Of a stretch of DNA of 64,000 nt, positions 39,859-53,273 are shown piece after piece (the stretch's first letter is position 1; each line of letters begins with the position of its first letter). The DNA lies in contig OX597835.1 of the NCBI GenBank assembly GCA_951406725.2, positions 37,386,001 through 37,450,000 on the forward strand, in the 5' to 3' direction. Under the pieces are notes generated by a model. The model saw only the letters and a program-made list of their open reading frames with translations, did no database searches and was not told the DNA's origin. The stretch is from Octopus vulgaris (Eukaryota). The position numbers were made by a program, and so were the translations under genes.

Positions 39859-40703
39859 CATATATATATATACATACATATATATATCTACATATCTATA
39901 TATATCATATATATACATATACATATCAAATACATACATATCTACATAAATATATATATATCTATATATAACATATATGTATCTATATATATACATTCTA
40001 TATATATATACATATCTATATATATCTATCTATATATACACATATACATACATATCTACATATATTTATACATGCATACATATATATCTATATATATATA
40101 CACACACATGCATGCATACATTCATACACACACACACACATATATGAATGAGGGGGCGAATGAAAGAAATGCACACAAAACATTTATTGGGGGTCACATG
40201 TATTATTCAAAGCAGTTTGATGCGGATTCAGTACTACTTTAAGTTTTAAAGCTCCTAGCCGAGCCTATCTCCTCAGGCTGGTAAGAATCTAAATGGCCAG
40301 AGTGGTACAGGAAGTCCAAGATGATTACCGGTAGATGGGCTCCAATTAGTCAAGAAGGGTCACTTGATGTCACAATTGATAGTATTGCTTAGTAAGTGAC
40401 AGCAGTTACATGCGTGAAAAGAGTTTCTTTGGCTGCGTAGTTGGACAGGAAATTGGTGGCGACATTACGTTGGGGTACTGCATTCAGTGGGGCTTTTAAG
40501 CATATGAGCTTGTGTGCATGTCCGTCATAAAACTCTGCTGTCTCTCTTTAATTTCATTCATGGCAGTATTTTACTGAGGAAGAACTCTGCCTGAAATATT
40601 GGTTTTGCAGCTCCCCATGGCAAGTTCACATTAATCTTTTTATTATTTTCACCAAAAAATACATGTCTTTCTGGTGCAGGCAAACACCAGTCCATTTACA
40701 TAC

Positions 40704-40752
<49 letters not shown>

Positions 40753-40755
<3 letters not shown>

Positions 40756-41162
40756 CGGAGGAGTGGCTGTGTGGTAAGTAGCTTGCTTACAAACCACATG
40801 GTTCCGGGTTCAGTCCCACTGCGTGGCACCTTGGGTAAGTGTCTTCTACTATAGCCTCGGGCCGACCAAAGCCTTGTGAGTGGATTTGGTAGATGGAAAC
40901 TGAAAGAACCCCATCATATATATGTATATATATATATATGTATGTGTATATGTTTGTGTGTCTGTGTTTGTCCCCCCAACATCACTTGACAACCGATGCT
41001 GGTGTGTTTACGTCACCGCAATTTAGTGGTTCGGCAAAAGAGACCGAATAGAATAAGTACTAGGCTTACAAAGAATAAGTCCTGGGGTCGTTTGCTCGAC
41101 TAAAAGGTCGTGCTTCAGCATGGCCACAGTCAAATGACTGAAACAAGTAAAAGAGTAAAGAA
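40753..41162 (+). mobile_element. SINE family A
   Basis: Full copy. Confidence 0.9.
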
Positions 41163-41545
41163 TATATATATATATACTAGCCTAGCTGATGCTGGTTATG
41201 TTTAAAAGGTGATGTTTAAAATCCTAGCTGTTTAAAATTTTACCTGATGATGGTTGCGTGTATATTATGACAATCTTTTATAATTAATTTATAAAAGTGA
41301 ACAGGTCGCGGATTTTAGCGACGAAAATATTTTGACAAATTAAACTTAAATGTTGAAGTGAATCGAACGGCTTTTGTGTGTTTCTTAAATGGCTTATAAA
41401 CACCTTCCACGCTGCAATTGTTTTCGTTTCAGCACACGATCTCAGATCAAATTACTTGCTATGCGAATACATCTCCGTAATTTATAAAAATTCTACTGAA
41501 ACAGCTATCACAAATTTTGAATGCTATTTGAGTTTACCTCATATA

Positions 41546-42636
41546 CAGGGCGTGGTGCATAAACTGTCATCTAAACTATGCAAAAATGAAAGTAACACTG
41601 ACATCTCATTTTAACATATATTTACTAAAATTATATAAAAATATCTTGAAATATTAAGGAGTAAATTTAATTAATAAAATCGCCATTGGCTTCAACCATG
41701 GCCCCCAGATGACTTCAGAAACTCCTGCAACTCTCTTGAATGGTTACCTTGTTTAAGTTGGTGAATACTGCTAAAATCTTTGCCTTCAGTTCATCTTTGG
41801 TGTTACAAGAAGTTTTATTGGTCTCTGTCTCAACTGCACCCCAGATATGATATTTAAGGGGGTTGCTGTCTGAGGAGTTAGGTGGCCAGATGTTAGGGGT
41901 GATGTGGTTATAGAAATTGTCTGACAGCCATGACTGGGTTCTCCTGCTTGTGTACAGGGTCCTGTTGCCAGACATAGAGTCTTCAGAAGTCCCCCTCTTG
42001 ACCCATGGCAGCACTACCTCCTCCAGGCACTTGATGTAGACTTCCATTTTGAGTGTGAGGCCATGTGGGAAGATGAATAGAGACATAACATCACCATCAC
42101 TAGTGGAGGCGCATGGCTTAGTGGTTAGGGTGTTGAATTCATGATCGTAAGGTTGTGGCTTCGATTCCTGGATCGGGCGATGCATTGTGTTCTTGAGCAA
42201 AACACTTCATTTTCACATTCCTCCAGCTCACTCAGCTGGCAAAAATGAGCAATTCTGCGATGGATTGGTGTCCTGTCCCGGTGGGGAATTTCTACGCCAC
42301 TGAAACCGGCCCTTATGAGCCTGGCATGACTCGATAAGGATACCTCCATCACTAGTGATCACTCCAAACACCCTGATGTTGACTGGGTGTATGATTTTTA
42401 TCACTTGGGGTACATGTCCTCAGATTACACTCTAAAATGGAGCTTCCGGCATGAATCCCAAGCAGTACAGCATATCATTTCCAAATTTCTGGGAGAGTGA
42501 ATTGCATCATGGAGCTGTTTTCCTCACAGACGTTGTCCAGCTGACCCTACTATACTATGTCATCAACAAAATCAAAACTAATGTACATGCATGAAACTAA
42601 AACTAAGAAATGGCAACAATTTGCTCACTGCACCCT

Positions 42637-42637
<1 letters not shown>
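41546..42637 (-). mobile_element. Tc1/mariner-superfamily (maT/DD37D-like) deleted element with transposase C-terminus
   Basis: YIKCLEEVVLPWVK..TSRRTQSWLSDNF..WPPNSSDSNPLKYHIWGAVE; degenerate TIRs ta-cagggcgtggtg (41544) and cactgcaccctg-ta (42639). Confidence 0.8.
42104..42345 (+). mobile_element. SINE family D nested in the transposase, 12-bp TSD
   Basis: ccatcactagtg at 42094-42105 and 42346-42357. Confidence 0.85.
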
Positions 42638-42683
<46 letters not shown>

Positions 42684-42833
42684 CATATATACATACATAT
42701 ATATACACACATATATACATACACATATATACATACACATATATACACACATATATATACACACATATATATACACACATATATACATAACATATATATA
42801 CACACATATATACATACACATATATACACACAC

Positions 42834-42868
<35 letters not shown>

Positions 42869-42875
42869 CACATAC

Positions 42876-42910
<35 letters not shown>

Positions 42911-42985
42911 CACATACATATATATATATATACATACATATATATACATATATACATATATATATATATACATATACACACATAC

Positions 42986-43020
<35 letters not shown>

Positions 43021-43089
43021 CACACATACATATATATATATATACACACATACATATATATATACACACATACATATATATACACACAC

Positions 43090-43120
<31 letters not shown>

Positions 43121-43121
<1 letters not shown>

Positions 43122-43229
43122 TTTATTTAAAGCAGCAGAAAATTCAACAAAACGTGTTACTCTGAGTTCACTGGAACATGAAACTCAGAGTAACAGGGTT
43201 TGTTGAATTTTCTGCTGATTTAAATAAAG
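43121..43229. repeat. fold-back palindrome (~49-bp arms), PLE-pLTR-like
   Basis: ctttatttaaa..gttactctgagtt / aactcagagtaac..tttaaataaag. Confidence 0.85.
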
Positions 43230-43299
43230 CATTTTACTCTACCTCTGGTATTTGAGTACTCTTTTTTCCACCTTGTTTCACATTTATGTGTTTACTCCG

Positions 43300-43337
<38 letters not shown>

Positions 43338-43549
43338 GTAACCACATGTGAACTGTTGGTGACTTTCTTCCTCTGTCTTCCTTTTCTCTTGGACTTTTCT
43401 GAAAAAGAACTTTGCTTGAAACGTAAAACACCCTTTCTTTCCTTCTCTGAGTGTCTCATTAATACTTTGTATGTGCCACGTCCTCAGGGTCTTTTTTCTT
43501 GTCTTTTTCCACCGTTTTTTTTTTAATAATTATATATATATATACATAC

Positions 43550-43888
43550 GTGGAGGTGCAATGGCCCAGTGGTTAGGGCAGTGGACTCACGGTTGTAGGA
43601 TGACGGTTTCGATTCCCAGACTGGGCGTTGTGAGTGTTTATTGAGCGAAAACGCCTAAAGCTCCACAAAGCTCCAACAGGGGGTAGTGGTGATCCCTGCT
43701 GTACTCTTTCGCCACAACTTTCTCTCACTCTTTCTTCTATTGGCCTGCTCATTTAGCCAGCGGGGTGGTGTCATTTGAAGGCTAAAAGAATGCGAAGCGC
43801 ATTGTAGTGTGAAAATACATTTATTCCTTCCTCACTTCATGTGTAGCAACATCAGATAGCCTGGTCGGTCATGGCGATCATGGTGATA
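43550..43888 (+). mobile_element. SINE family E (alternative 3' tail)
   Basis: Head as in 4459-4837; tail as in 56993-57302. Confidence 0.85.
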
Positions 43889-43937
43889 TATAGATACATA
43901 CATACACACACATGCATACAAATACACACACACACAC

Positions 43938-43982
<45 letters not shown>

Positions 43983-44283
43983 TACATACATACACACACA
44001 CACGTGCACAGACACACAAATCTTAGCAAAAAGGAAAATGTACTGGGGTTGATTAATTTCATGAAAATTTTTTTATGTGGTGCTCCAGCATGGCCTACAG
44101 TCTAATGGCTGAAACAAAATAAAAAATAAAACACACATACATATAGTACAATAAGAAATCAAAAGCCCTTTGTTCAATATTATATATTTTTAAAAAATGA
44201 ATAGAAATGACTTTTTGATAATTTTTCCACTTTAATAATTAGATGTTTATAAGTAAAAGCCATTTCTATTCATTTTTTTAAAG

Positions 44284-44318
<35 letters not shown>

Positions 44319-44944
44319 TGCATACATATATATACACACACATGTATATAACATGCTTGTTTATATGTATACATATCCCTACGTTCATACAGACAGACAG
44401 ACAGACAGAAGCATGAATGTGTAGGGGTTGTTGTGGGGGTTGGAAATAGACTTGGCATCTATTTGTAAAGTTGGAGTTTATGTAGTGTGAAAATACATTT
44501 ATTCCTTCCTCACTTCCTTTGCATCTTCCTTCCTCACTTCCTTCTTGCAGGATTTTTTCCTTTCTTTTTTATTATTATTTTTAATCATTGTCTGGCTAGA
44601 CAATTTTTTTTTTATATTATGTTGTTTTCTTTGAAGTAATATTTATTTCTTCTCTTTGATTTCTTAATTTCTTTCTTTTTCCTTTTTACCTTTTTCATCT
44701 TTGACTTATTCTTAGAAAGTTCTTTCCAGGTAGCAACATTCTGAGTGTACATATGTTTTACAGTTATATTTTGCTGGGTGTATGTGTGTGTGTATGTGTG
44801 TATTTATGTATGTGCTTATATATACATGTTTTATATATTTTTTCAAAGAATTTATTTTTTGCTTCAAAAATATTTCTTGGTGTTAAAGAATTGGTTCCAT
44901 TTGAAACTAATCCAGAATGCTGGCTTCTTCTGTGTGTGTGTGTT

Positions 44945-44986
<42 letters not shown>

Positions 44987-45939
44987 TACATACATACATA
45001 CATATGTCTCTCTCTCTCTCTCTATATATATATATACACACACACATACATACATATGTCTATATATATATATATATACACACATACATACATATGTCTA
45101 TATATATATATATATATATATAGACATGCATATATCTATATATATGCTTTACAGAACATGGAACTTTCTGGAATTACTATACTGTAGCAGTAAGGCAGGG
45201 TGGCCTGCTGTGTGTTACATTTTTATTAAATTTTGGGTTTGATTTCCTGCTTCCTCATCTTCTATTTCCATTTTTTCTTTGTTGTTTTTGTTGCTTTATT
45301 TTATTTTACTTTATTTTTTCTTCTCCTTTTATCTCATTCTTCTTTACAACCTTTTCATAATCAGTTCACCTCCTCCTATCTCTTTTCTTGCTGTTGTACT
45401 CTTTTCCCCCTCTTCCTCCTCATTCTCCTTCTTCCCCTCCTCTTCCTCCCCGTCTCCCTCCTCTCTACCCTCCTTATCCACCCTTCACCACTTCACCTTC
45501 TCTTCCCCTCCCCTGCCCCCCTCCTGCTGTCACCATCGTTGTCTTCATCCTTATTATTATTCTTTGGGATTATTCTGAAGTCTTGGGAGTCTTGCACAGT
45601 TTTTTTTCTTTTTCTTTTTTGGATACGGCATAAATGTTTATAAATAGCAGGAGTGTGTAGAAACACCATGAGCATTTTGAGATTTTGGAAACAAGACAAG
45701 GATTTGGAAATAAATTTAGACTATAGACACTGCAGGAAGCTTTCAAAATAATATGAACACATAGCAAATAAAAGACACTTTGCAAATACCGTAAGAATTT
45801 GGTGATAGCCTGATGGTTTGATGACAGTGCTTTTCGTTCGGTGGTTACATGTTGGTTTAATAAAAAGAAAAACCTGGCTCTCTGTTGATTACAACAGTAA
45901 GAGTTCCATTTGATTTAAATTATGGTATGTCCTGGTCAT

Positions 45940-46272
45940 AAAGGTGCATGGCTCAGTGGTTAGAGCATGAGGTAGTGAGTTTGATTCCTGGACTGGGTTG
46001 TGTGTTGTGTTCGTGAGCAAGACACGTTATTTCATGCTCAAGTTTACTCAACTGTGGAAATGAGTTGCGATGTCACTGGTGCCAAGCTGTATCAGCTTTT
46101 GTCTTTCCTTTGGATGACATCGGTGGTATGGTGAGAGGAGGCTGGTATGCATCGGTGACTGCTGGTCTTCCATAAAGACAACCTTGCCCGGACTTGTGCC
46201 TCAAGGGGGAAATTTCTAGGTTCAATCCAATGGTCATTTATGACCAAAGGGGATCTTTATGCTTTATCCTTT
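45940..46272 (+). mobile_element. SINE family C
   Basis: Match to 10719-11010 and 56402-56730. Confidence 0.85.
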
Positions 46273-46899
46273 AATACATCCTGCTCATGAAATTAACCTG
46301 CAAGTGGCTGAGAACTCCACAGATGCATGTACCCGTAACATAGTTCTCGGGGATTTAGCATGACACAGAATGTGACAAGTCTGGTCCCTTTGAACAACTC
46401 ATCTTTTGCCAGCTGAGTGAACTAAAGTAACGTGAAATAATGAGCCTTGTTCAAGCCCAGAATGGGAATCGAACTCACAACCTTACAATCACGAACCAAA
46501 TACCCCTAATTACTAAGCCACATGCCTTCATGGTTCAGCAGTAAGACAAGTGATGTCTTCCAGTTTTAGTTTTATTAATAGTTGAGGTGAAGGTAGCAAG
46601 CTGGTAGAACCATTATTATGCTGTACAAAATACTTTGTTGCATTTTCTCTGGCTCTTTTATAGTTTGGGTTCAAATGTTGCTGAGATTGGTTTTTGCCTT
46701 TCATCTTTTTGGGTCAGTAAAATAAAGTATCAGTTGAATGCTGGAGTCAATATAATAAGCTGACCCTTTTCCCTTAATCCTTTAGCATTCAGGTTATTCT
46801 GCCAAATGTAATGCTTTTTCATTCACTTTGTTTTAAATCAATCTTGCATTATTTTGTAGCTTTGAAATTATGATGTTGTGATTGTATATTGTATATTTA

Positions 46900-47310
46900 C
46901 GGTGGCGATCTGGCAGAAATGTTAGCATGCCGGGCGAAATGCGTAGCCATATTTTGTCTGCCGTTATGTTCTGAGTTCAAATTCCGTCGAGGTTGACTTA
47001 TCCTTTCAGGGTTGATTAAATAAGTACCAGTTACGCACTGGGGTCAATATAATCGACTTAATCCAATTGTCTGTCCTTGTTTGTCCCTGCTGTGTTTAAC
47101 CCCTTGTGAGCAGTAAAGAAATATGTATTTCGTCTGCCGCTACATTCTGAGTTCAAATTCCGCCAAGGTCGACTTCGCCTTTCATCCTTTCGGGGTCAAT
47201 AAATTAAGTACCAGTTATGCACTGGGGTCAATATAATTGACTTAATCCGTTTGTCTGTCCTTGTTTGTCCCCTCTGTGTGTATCCCCTTGTGGGTAGTAA
47301 AGAAATATGT
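46900..47310 (+). mobile_element. SINE family B head-to-tail dimer
   Basis: The second monomer restarts at gtatttcgtctgccg (~47126). Confidence 0.9.
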
Positions 47311-47312
47311 AT

Positions 47313-47612
47313 ATTCTCTTTTAGTGCCTTATTATTTAACACACTCACCAGTAAAATTTCCACTTATTTCTTATTTTTATTTTCCTAAAATTTTCGTAGC
47401 GTCTTGCAACCTTTTCAATAGAGTCAAGACTATTGAAAAGGTTGCAAGATGCAACGAAAATTTTAGAAAATAAAAATAAGAAATAAGTGGAAATTTTACC
47501 GGTGAGTGTGTTAAATAATAAGGCACTAAAAGAGAATGACTCTCCCCAGACACAACAGAATTTGCTTCAACACATGAACTCATATAAAGAATCTTGCAAA
47601 CCAAATCCAAAA
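47313..47612. repeat. fold-back palindrome, PLE-pLTR-like family (copy 3)
   Basis: Centre aatag-agtcaaga-ctatt at 47417-47434; the left arm is clipped at the SINE dimer. Confidence 0.9.
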
Positions 47613-49609
47613 ATGAAAGATAAAAATGATATTTTAATAGAAACTCTAGTCAGGCTTTGGAGATATCAAAAATGAATATAAGATATTTTTAGTATCAAGA
47701 ATCTTTGACAATATAAAACTGGCTTTGGTGCTAACACATGGCTTTGGCAGTAACACTTTGGTATGATGGTAACACATGGTGTTAGTGATATTACAAGACT
47801 TTTGTGATAAAACGAGGCTCCGAGGATTTGAAATAAAGTTTTTGAAATAAGACAACGTTTTGGATATAATATTATGCTTTGATGAAAATGGAAAGGTTTG
47901 GAAATAACTTGGTACTTTTAAATGCCAAAATGTTTTGAGATTATGTGAGACTTTAGAAATAACACAAGACTTCAGAAATAGCATGATGGCTTTTTTTTTT
48001 TGGTTATAAATATGAATATACTTTGGAAATGACACAACCACTTGGAAATATCACAGTGCTTTAGAAGAAAAATGACAGGTTCTTTGAAAATAACTGAAAA
48101 CTGAAGAAAAAATTAATTGCTTTTGAAACATTTGTGGACTGTAAATAACATATGGCTTTGAATGGAATATAAAACTTTGAAAATAACATCAGAGATAGTT
48201 TGGGAATAATGCAAGGTTTGGGAATTAATTTGATGCTTTAGGAAAAATAATGATGGCATAGAGATAACATGAGGCTTTATAAATAACATTAGGATTTAGA
48301 AATAACACAAGAGTTTTGGAAATTACATGGAACCCTTGAAAATATCCTGATGGATGTTTTGGGAGTAACACAATTCAGTGCTTTGGAAATATCTTAATGT
48401 TCTTTGAAAATGACAAGGAGCTTTGGAAATTGTCTAATAGCTTGTAGATAACATAAGGTTGTTGGAGTATCCTTAGAATTTAGAAATAAAACAAGGCTTT
48501 GGAAATAACACAGGACTTGAAATATCACAATATTTTGGAAAATAACATAATGGATACTTGGGAAATATATGGAGATTTTGGATTTAACTTGGTGCTTTCA
48601 AAATATCTCTATGGCTTGGGGCTGAAATTACTGGAAAATTTAGAAATAAGGTCAAGTTTTAGGAATATAATGGTATTGTGGAAAAACATGACAGTTTAAG
48701 AAAAAATACAGGACTCTGGCAATGATGTGGTTCATTGTAAATATGTTGGATTTTGGACTTTAAGATATAATATGAATTTCAAGAAATAACAGAAATTTGG
48801 GAAATAGCTTAATGTATAAGTGAGATCAGGTGTGTGTGTGTGCAGGGAGATGCTCCAATGGCGTGAGTTGCTGCATTTACCATTTGTTGGTATATTGCTG
48901 GGTCCTCCTGGGTCACCCATTGAGCAAAGTCCCTGTCAGTCCGCATCTCTGCAAGATGCCTGATCTGCTTTTACCATCTGGTATGTGGCTGACCAACATG
49001 AATCATCAACTTAGCCGGATCTTCAGTGAAGAAGAGAACACTGTAAGCAAACTGAGCAACAGTGGTCAAACATTCTAAGCTGGTGCTTCGGAATCATACA
49101 TTGGTCAAACAGCCTGAGCTAGTGCTTCCCAAGTATACAAGTAACAGGATGCATTCCAGTTTCTTAGTACTGTATATACTCGTGAACAGGTCACACCAGT
49201 GGATAGGTCAAACCTTTAGTTTGGAGTTGTTAAAGTAGGTATTTGCAGTTGACTCATAGATGGGTTGCACTATAATCTGAGGAGTTACAGGGTCCTTTTT
49301 ATAACATAAATATAAAATATAATTCTCAAATATTCACCTTTATTTCAAAACTTTGCATACAAATATAAAAACAATTTTGCAGAAATGACTTTATGGAAGT
49401 AGTTGAATTGATAAATCGACTCAACAAAAAGAAAAAAAAAAACATCTAGAATTACAAACACAACGGAAAGAAAATGTTACAAAAGACAACTGATACACTG
49501 CTGTCTACTTTAGTTCCCTGTGATGTTGAGTGGACAGGTCACACTCCTGATTTTTATTGAAAGTTTTTGGTAAAAAAAGTGTAACATATCTGTGAGAATA
49601 TATGGTAGA

Positions 49610-49799
49610 GTCGCCATGATAGATCATTAGTCACTACACACATTTTTTTTTCTCTCCTTGTTTTTTCTGTGTCCCTTTCTGTTGAAGAGCATAGGCTCGA
49701 AATGTTAAAGACTTTTTCTATTCCTGAGCGTTATACTAATACATCTGTTTTGTTTTGTGCACCACCTGTCTTCGTCCTTTGTTTTTTTTTGTAAACTCT

Positions 49800-49873
<74 letters not shown>

Positions 49874-50065
49874 GGACGCCATGATAGATCGTTAGCCACT
49901 ACACATATTTTTTTCTCTCCTTGTTTTTTCTGTGTTGCTTTCTGTAGAAGAGCATAGGCTCGAAACGTAAAAGACTTTTTCTATTCCTGAGCGTTATACA
50001 AATACATCTGTTTGTTTTGTACACCACCTGTCTTTGTCTTTTGTTTTTTGCGTAAACTCTCCCTA
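49610..50065 (+). mobile_element. two tandem ~190-bp PLE-pLTR-like units with minimal hammerhead motif, separated by (TA)n(TG)n
   Basis: gccatgatagatc..ctgt(t/a)gaagagcataggctcgaaa..taaactctccc at 49612-49802 and 49878-50063; third copy at 63427-63613. Confidence 0.7.
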
Positions 50066-50506
50066 TATGATAGAGTTGTTGGTTGGATACAGAATCTGAT
50101 CAATGGCAACCCACGATTCTGTGAAGTATCCTGGTACCAAAGGAGTTTGCTGGATTCTTGGAGGACTCCACTTTGTCTGTCTCTGTTTTGGGTGAGAATG
50201 TCAAAGTTTTTGACCACTTCACTTTGGCAGTAACATTTGTAGTAGCATTAGCTGCGAGTCTAAAGTCCTAAAAAGACTTGGATGAGCTGGCGCAGTTGTG
50301 GACTTATTGGAAAAGAAAAGGTGTTTGGTGCAGCTGATACTTGTGCAAGAAGGCAAAGGTTCAGGTCTTTTGGTCTCTAGTCCTCCCAGTCCTATTCTAC
50401 AGCTGTGAGACTTGGACACTGTCAAGGGCCCTTAGAAGCTGCATGAACTTCTTTTTAATGTATACTTTGGAAATAATTTGGTGTTTTGCAAATATTACTG
50501 TCATAT

Positions 50507-50910
50507 AGGCGCAGGAGTGGCTGTGTGGTAAGTAGCTTGCCTACCAGCCACATGGTTCTGGGTTCAGTCCCACTGTGTGGCACCTTGGGCAAGTGTCTTC
50601 TGCTATAGCCTCAGGCCGACCAATGCCTTGTGTGTGGATTTGGTAGACGGAAACTGAAAGAAGCCCGTTGTATATATGTATATATATATATGTGTGTGTG
50701 TGTGTTTCTGTGTTTGTCCCCCTAGTATTGCTTGACAACCGATACTGGTGTGTTTATGTCCCCGTCACTTAGCGGTTCAGCAAAAGAGACCGATAGAATA
50801 AGTACTGGGCTTACAAAGAATAAGTCCCGGGGTCGAGTTGCTAGATTAAAGGCGGTGCTCCAGCATGGCTGCAGTCAAATGACTGAAAACAAGTAAAAGA
50901 GTAAAGAGAG
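50507..50910 (+). mobile_element. SINE family A
   Basis: Full copy. Confidence 0.9.
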
Positions 50911-51101
50911 TATCTGAGAATAAGCTGAGCTTTGGAGATAACAAACTAGATCTCCGGAAATTACAGGAAGCTTTGGAAGTAAGTTGGTGTTTTAGAAACG
51001 ACACGAATGAAAATATAAGACTAAGTATAACATGGGAATTTAGATATTGCTCAAGATTTTTGAGATAACTAAATTCTTTGAAACCACACCAGGTTCAGGG
51101 A

Positions 51102-51970
51102 TTAACTGTTTGCCTGTCCTCCGTGTCACATGTGATACACAGGACGTATCCACCTAGCATCAGTGCATCCTATATGTTGATCATCATCACCATCATTTAG
51201 TGTCCTCCTTCCATGCTGGCATGGGTTGGACAGTTTGACCGGAGATGGCTAAGCAGAAGACTGCACCATACATCTGTGTCTGTTCTGGCAGGGTTATTAT
51301 GGCTGGATGCCTTTCCTCACACCAACTACCCTGCAGAGTGCAAGTGCCTTTTACGTGGTACCAGCACAGGAAAGGTCAGTTTTGGCATGGTTTTGACAGC
51401 TGAATTGCCCTTCCAAATGTCAACCACTTTACACTGTGAACTGGATGCGTTTTATATACAACAGTAATTGCTTAAAACCACCAGTGTAATTTGAGATTTA
51501 TGAAAGGACAGCTTTACATTACTCAGAAGAAATGAAGAAAGTATTAACTAAAAGTCTGCAAGCAATCATTGACATTTAGGACAAACTTACGAAAATGATT
51601 TGGACAGGAGTGGCTGTGTGGTAAGTAGCTTGCTTACCAACCACATGGTTCCGGGTTCAGTCCCACTGCATGGCACCTTGGGCAAGTGTCTTCTACTATA
51701 GCCTCGGGCCGACCAAAGCCTTGTGAGTAGATTTCATAGACAGAAACTGAAAGAAGCCCATTGTATATATGTATATATATGTGTGTGTGTGTTTGTCCTC
51801 CTAACATCGCTTGACAACCGATGCTGGTGTGTTTACGTCCCCGTAACTTAGCGGTTCGGCAAAAGAGACCGATAGAATAAGTACTAGGCTTACAAAGAAT
51901 AAGTCCTGGGGTTGATTTCCTCGACAAATGACTGAAACGAGTAAAAAAGTAAAGAAAGGTAAATGGTTAA
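51102..51970. mobile_element. piggyBac-like MITE with nested RTE tail (-, 51180-51465) and SINE A (+, 51606-51950)
   Basis: TTAActgtttgcctgtcc left end; right end split as tttggacagg / aggtaaatggTTAA. Confidence 0.55.
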
Positions 51971-51994
51971 GAGTGGATAAATACCTGTCTCAGT

Positions 51995-52555
51995 ATAACC
52001 CTTTGCCTCTGCTGTGTATGACGTGTAATACACAGGACATTATTTCCCCTTGTGATCATGCATCATATATATTTCTTTACTACCCACAAGGGGCTAAACA
52101 TAAAGGGGACAAACAAGAACAGACAAAGGGATTAAGTCGATGTAATCGACCCCATTGCAAACATGGTACTTTATTTATCGACTCCGAAAGAATGAAAGGC
52201 AAAGTCAACCTCAGTGGAATTTGAACTCAGAACGTAACGACAGATGAAATACCTATTTCTTTACTACCCAGAAGGGGCTAAACACAGAGGGGACAAACAA
52301 GGACAGACAAAGGGATTAAGTTGATTATATTGATCCCAGTGTGAAACTGGTACTTATTTAATCGACCCCAAAAGAATGAAAGGCAAAGTCGACCTCAGCG
52401 GAATTTGAACTCAGAACGTAACGGCAGACGAAATACCGCTAAGCATTTTGCCTGGTGCGCTAATGTTTCTGCCAGCTCGCCGCCTTGAAGATCATGCATC
52501 TTATATGATATACATTCCAAACAAGCAAAGACGTTTAGGACAGGCAAAGGGTTAG
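51995..52555. mobile_element. piggyBac-like MITE with nested SINE B dimer (-, 52070-52487)
   Basis: ataa-ccctttgcct ... aggcaaaggg-ttag terminal inverted repeats. Confidence 0.6.
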
Positions 52556-53273
52556 GGTGGTGAATTCCTTGAATATGACAGGTTTTTCGAAGTAACAAGG
52601 TGCTTAAGAAATTAGATAAAAGTCGTAGCTAAAATGGGGTGGGTGGGTGGGATTTATATGGTGAACTTTCAACTGGAAGAAGACTCAGTGATTATCCCTT
52701 CCGTTGATACAAGGATCAGCTGAGGCAAAGCCTAAAACTGACTGGAATCGATCCCGAAGCCTGAGACATTACAACTCAGGACAGGCCTGGCTGGCATCAT
52801 TTCATCTTCACTAATAATAAAATCCTTTTGAAGCTGAATGACAGAAGAAAGAGGAAGAGAAACGACAAGAAAGAAAATGGAGGCTGCAACAACCAAAGCC
52901 TCCACCACGGATCCTTTGTGAACTTTGCATCAGATGCTTCCATGAAAGAATCAGCCTCATTAGTCATCAGAGGCATAAAAAATGGACAGAGAGGAAGAAG
53001 TGGTCAAGAAGAAACCTAACAGATTATCAGACACATGATAGAACACCGCCACCGCTGACAGGGTTGGGGGCTGCTTTGGAAACAATAAGGAAATTTAGAA
53101 ATTCTACAAGATTTTGAAAATAACAGAATTGTATAAAACTTAGGAAAAATAATGATGGCATAGAGATAACATGAGGCTTTATAAATAACATTAGGATTTA
53201 GAAATAACACAAGACTTTTGGAAATTACATGGAACCCTTGAAAATATCCTGATGGATGTTTTGGGAGTAATAC

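Noticed and set aside
40148-40620. Possible further mariner relic starting tgagggggcgaatgaaaag-like
   Set aside because: No matching second TIR or recognisable transposase motif could be read
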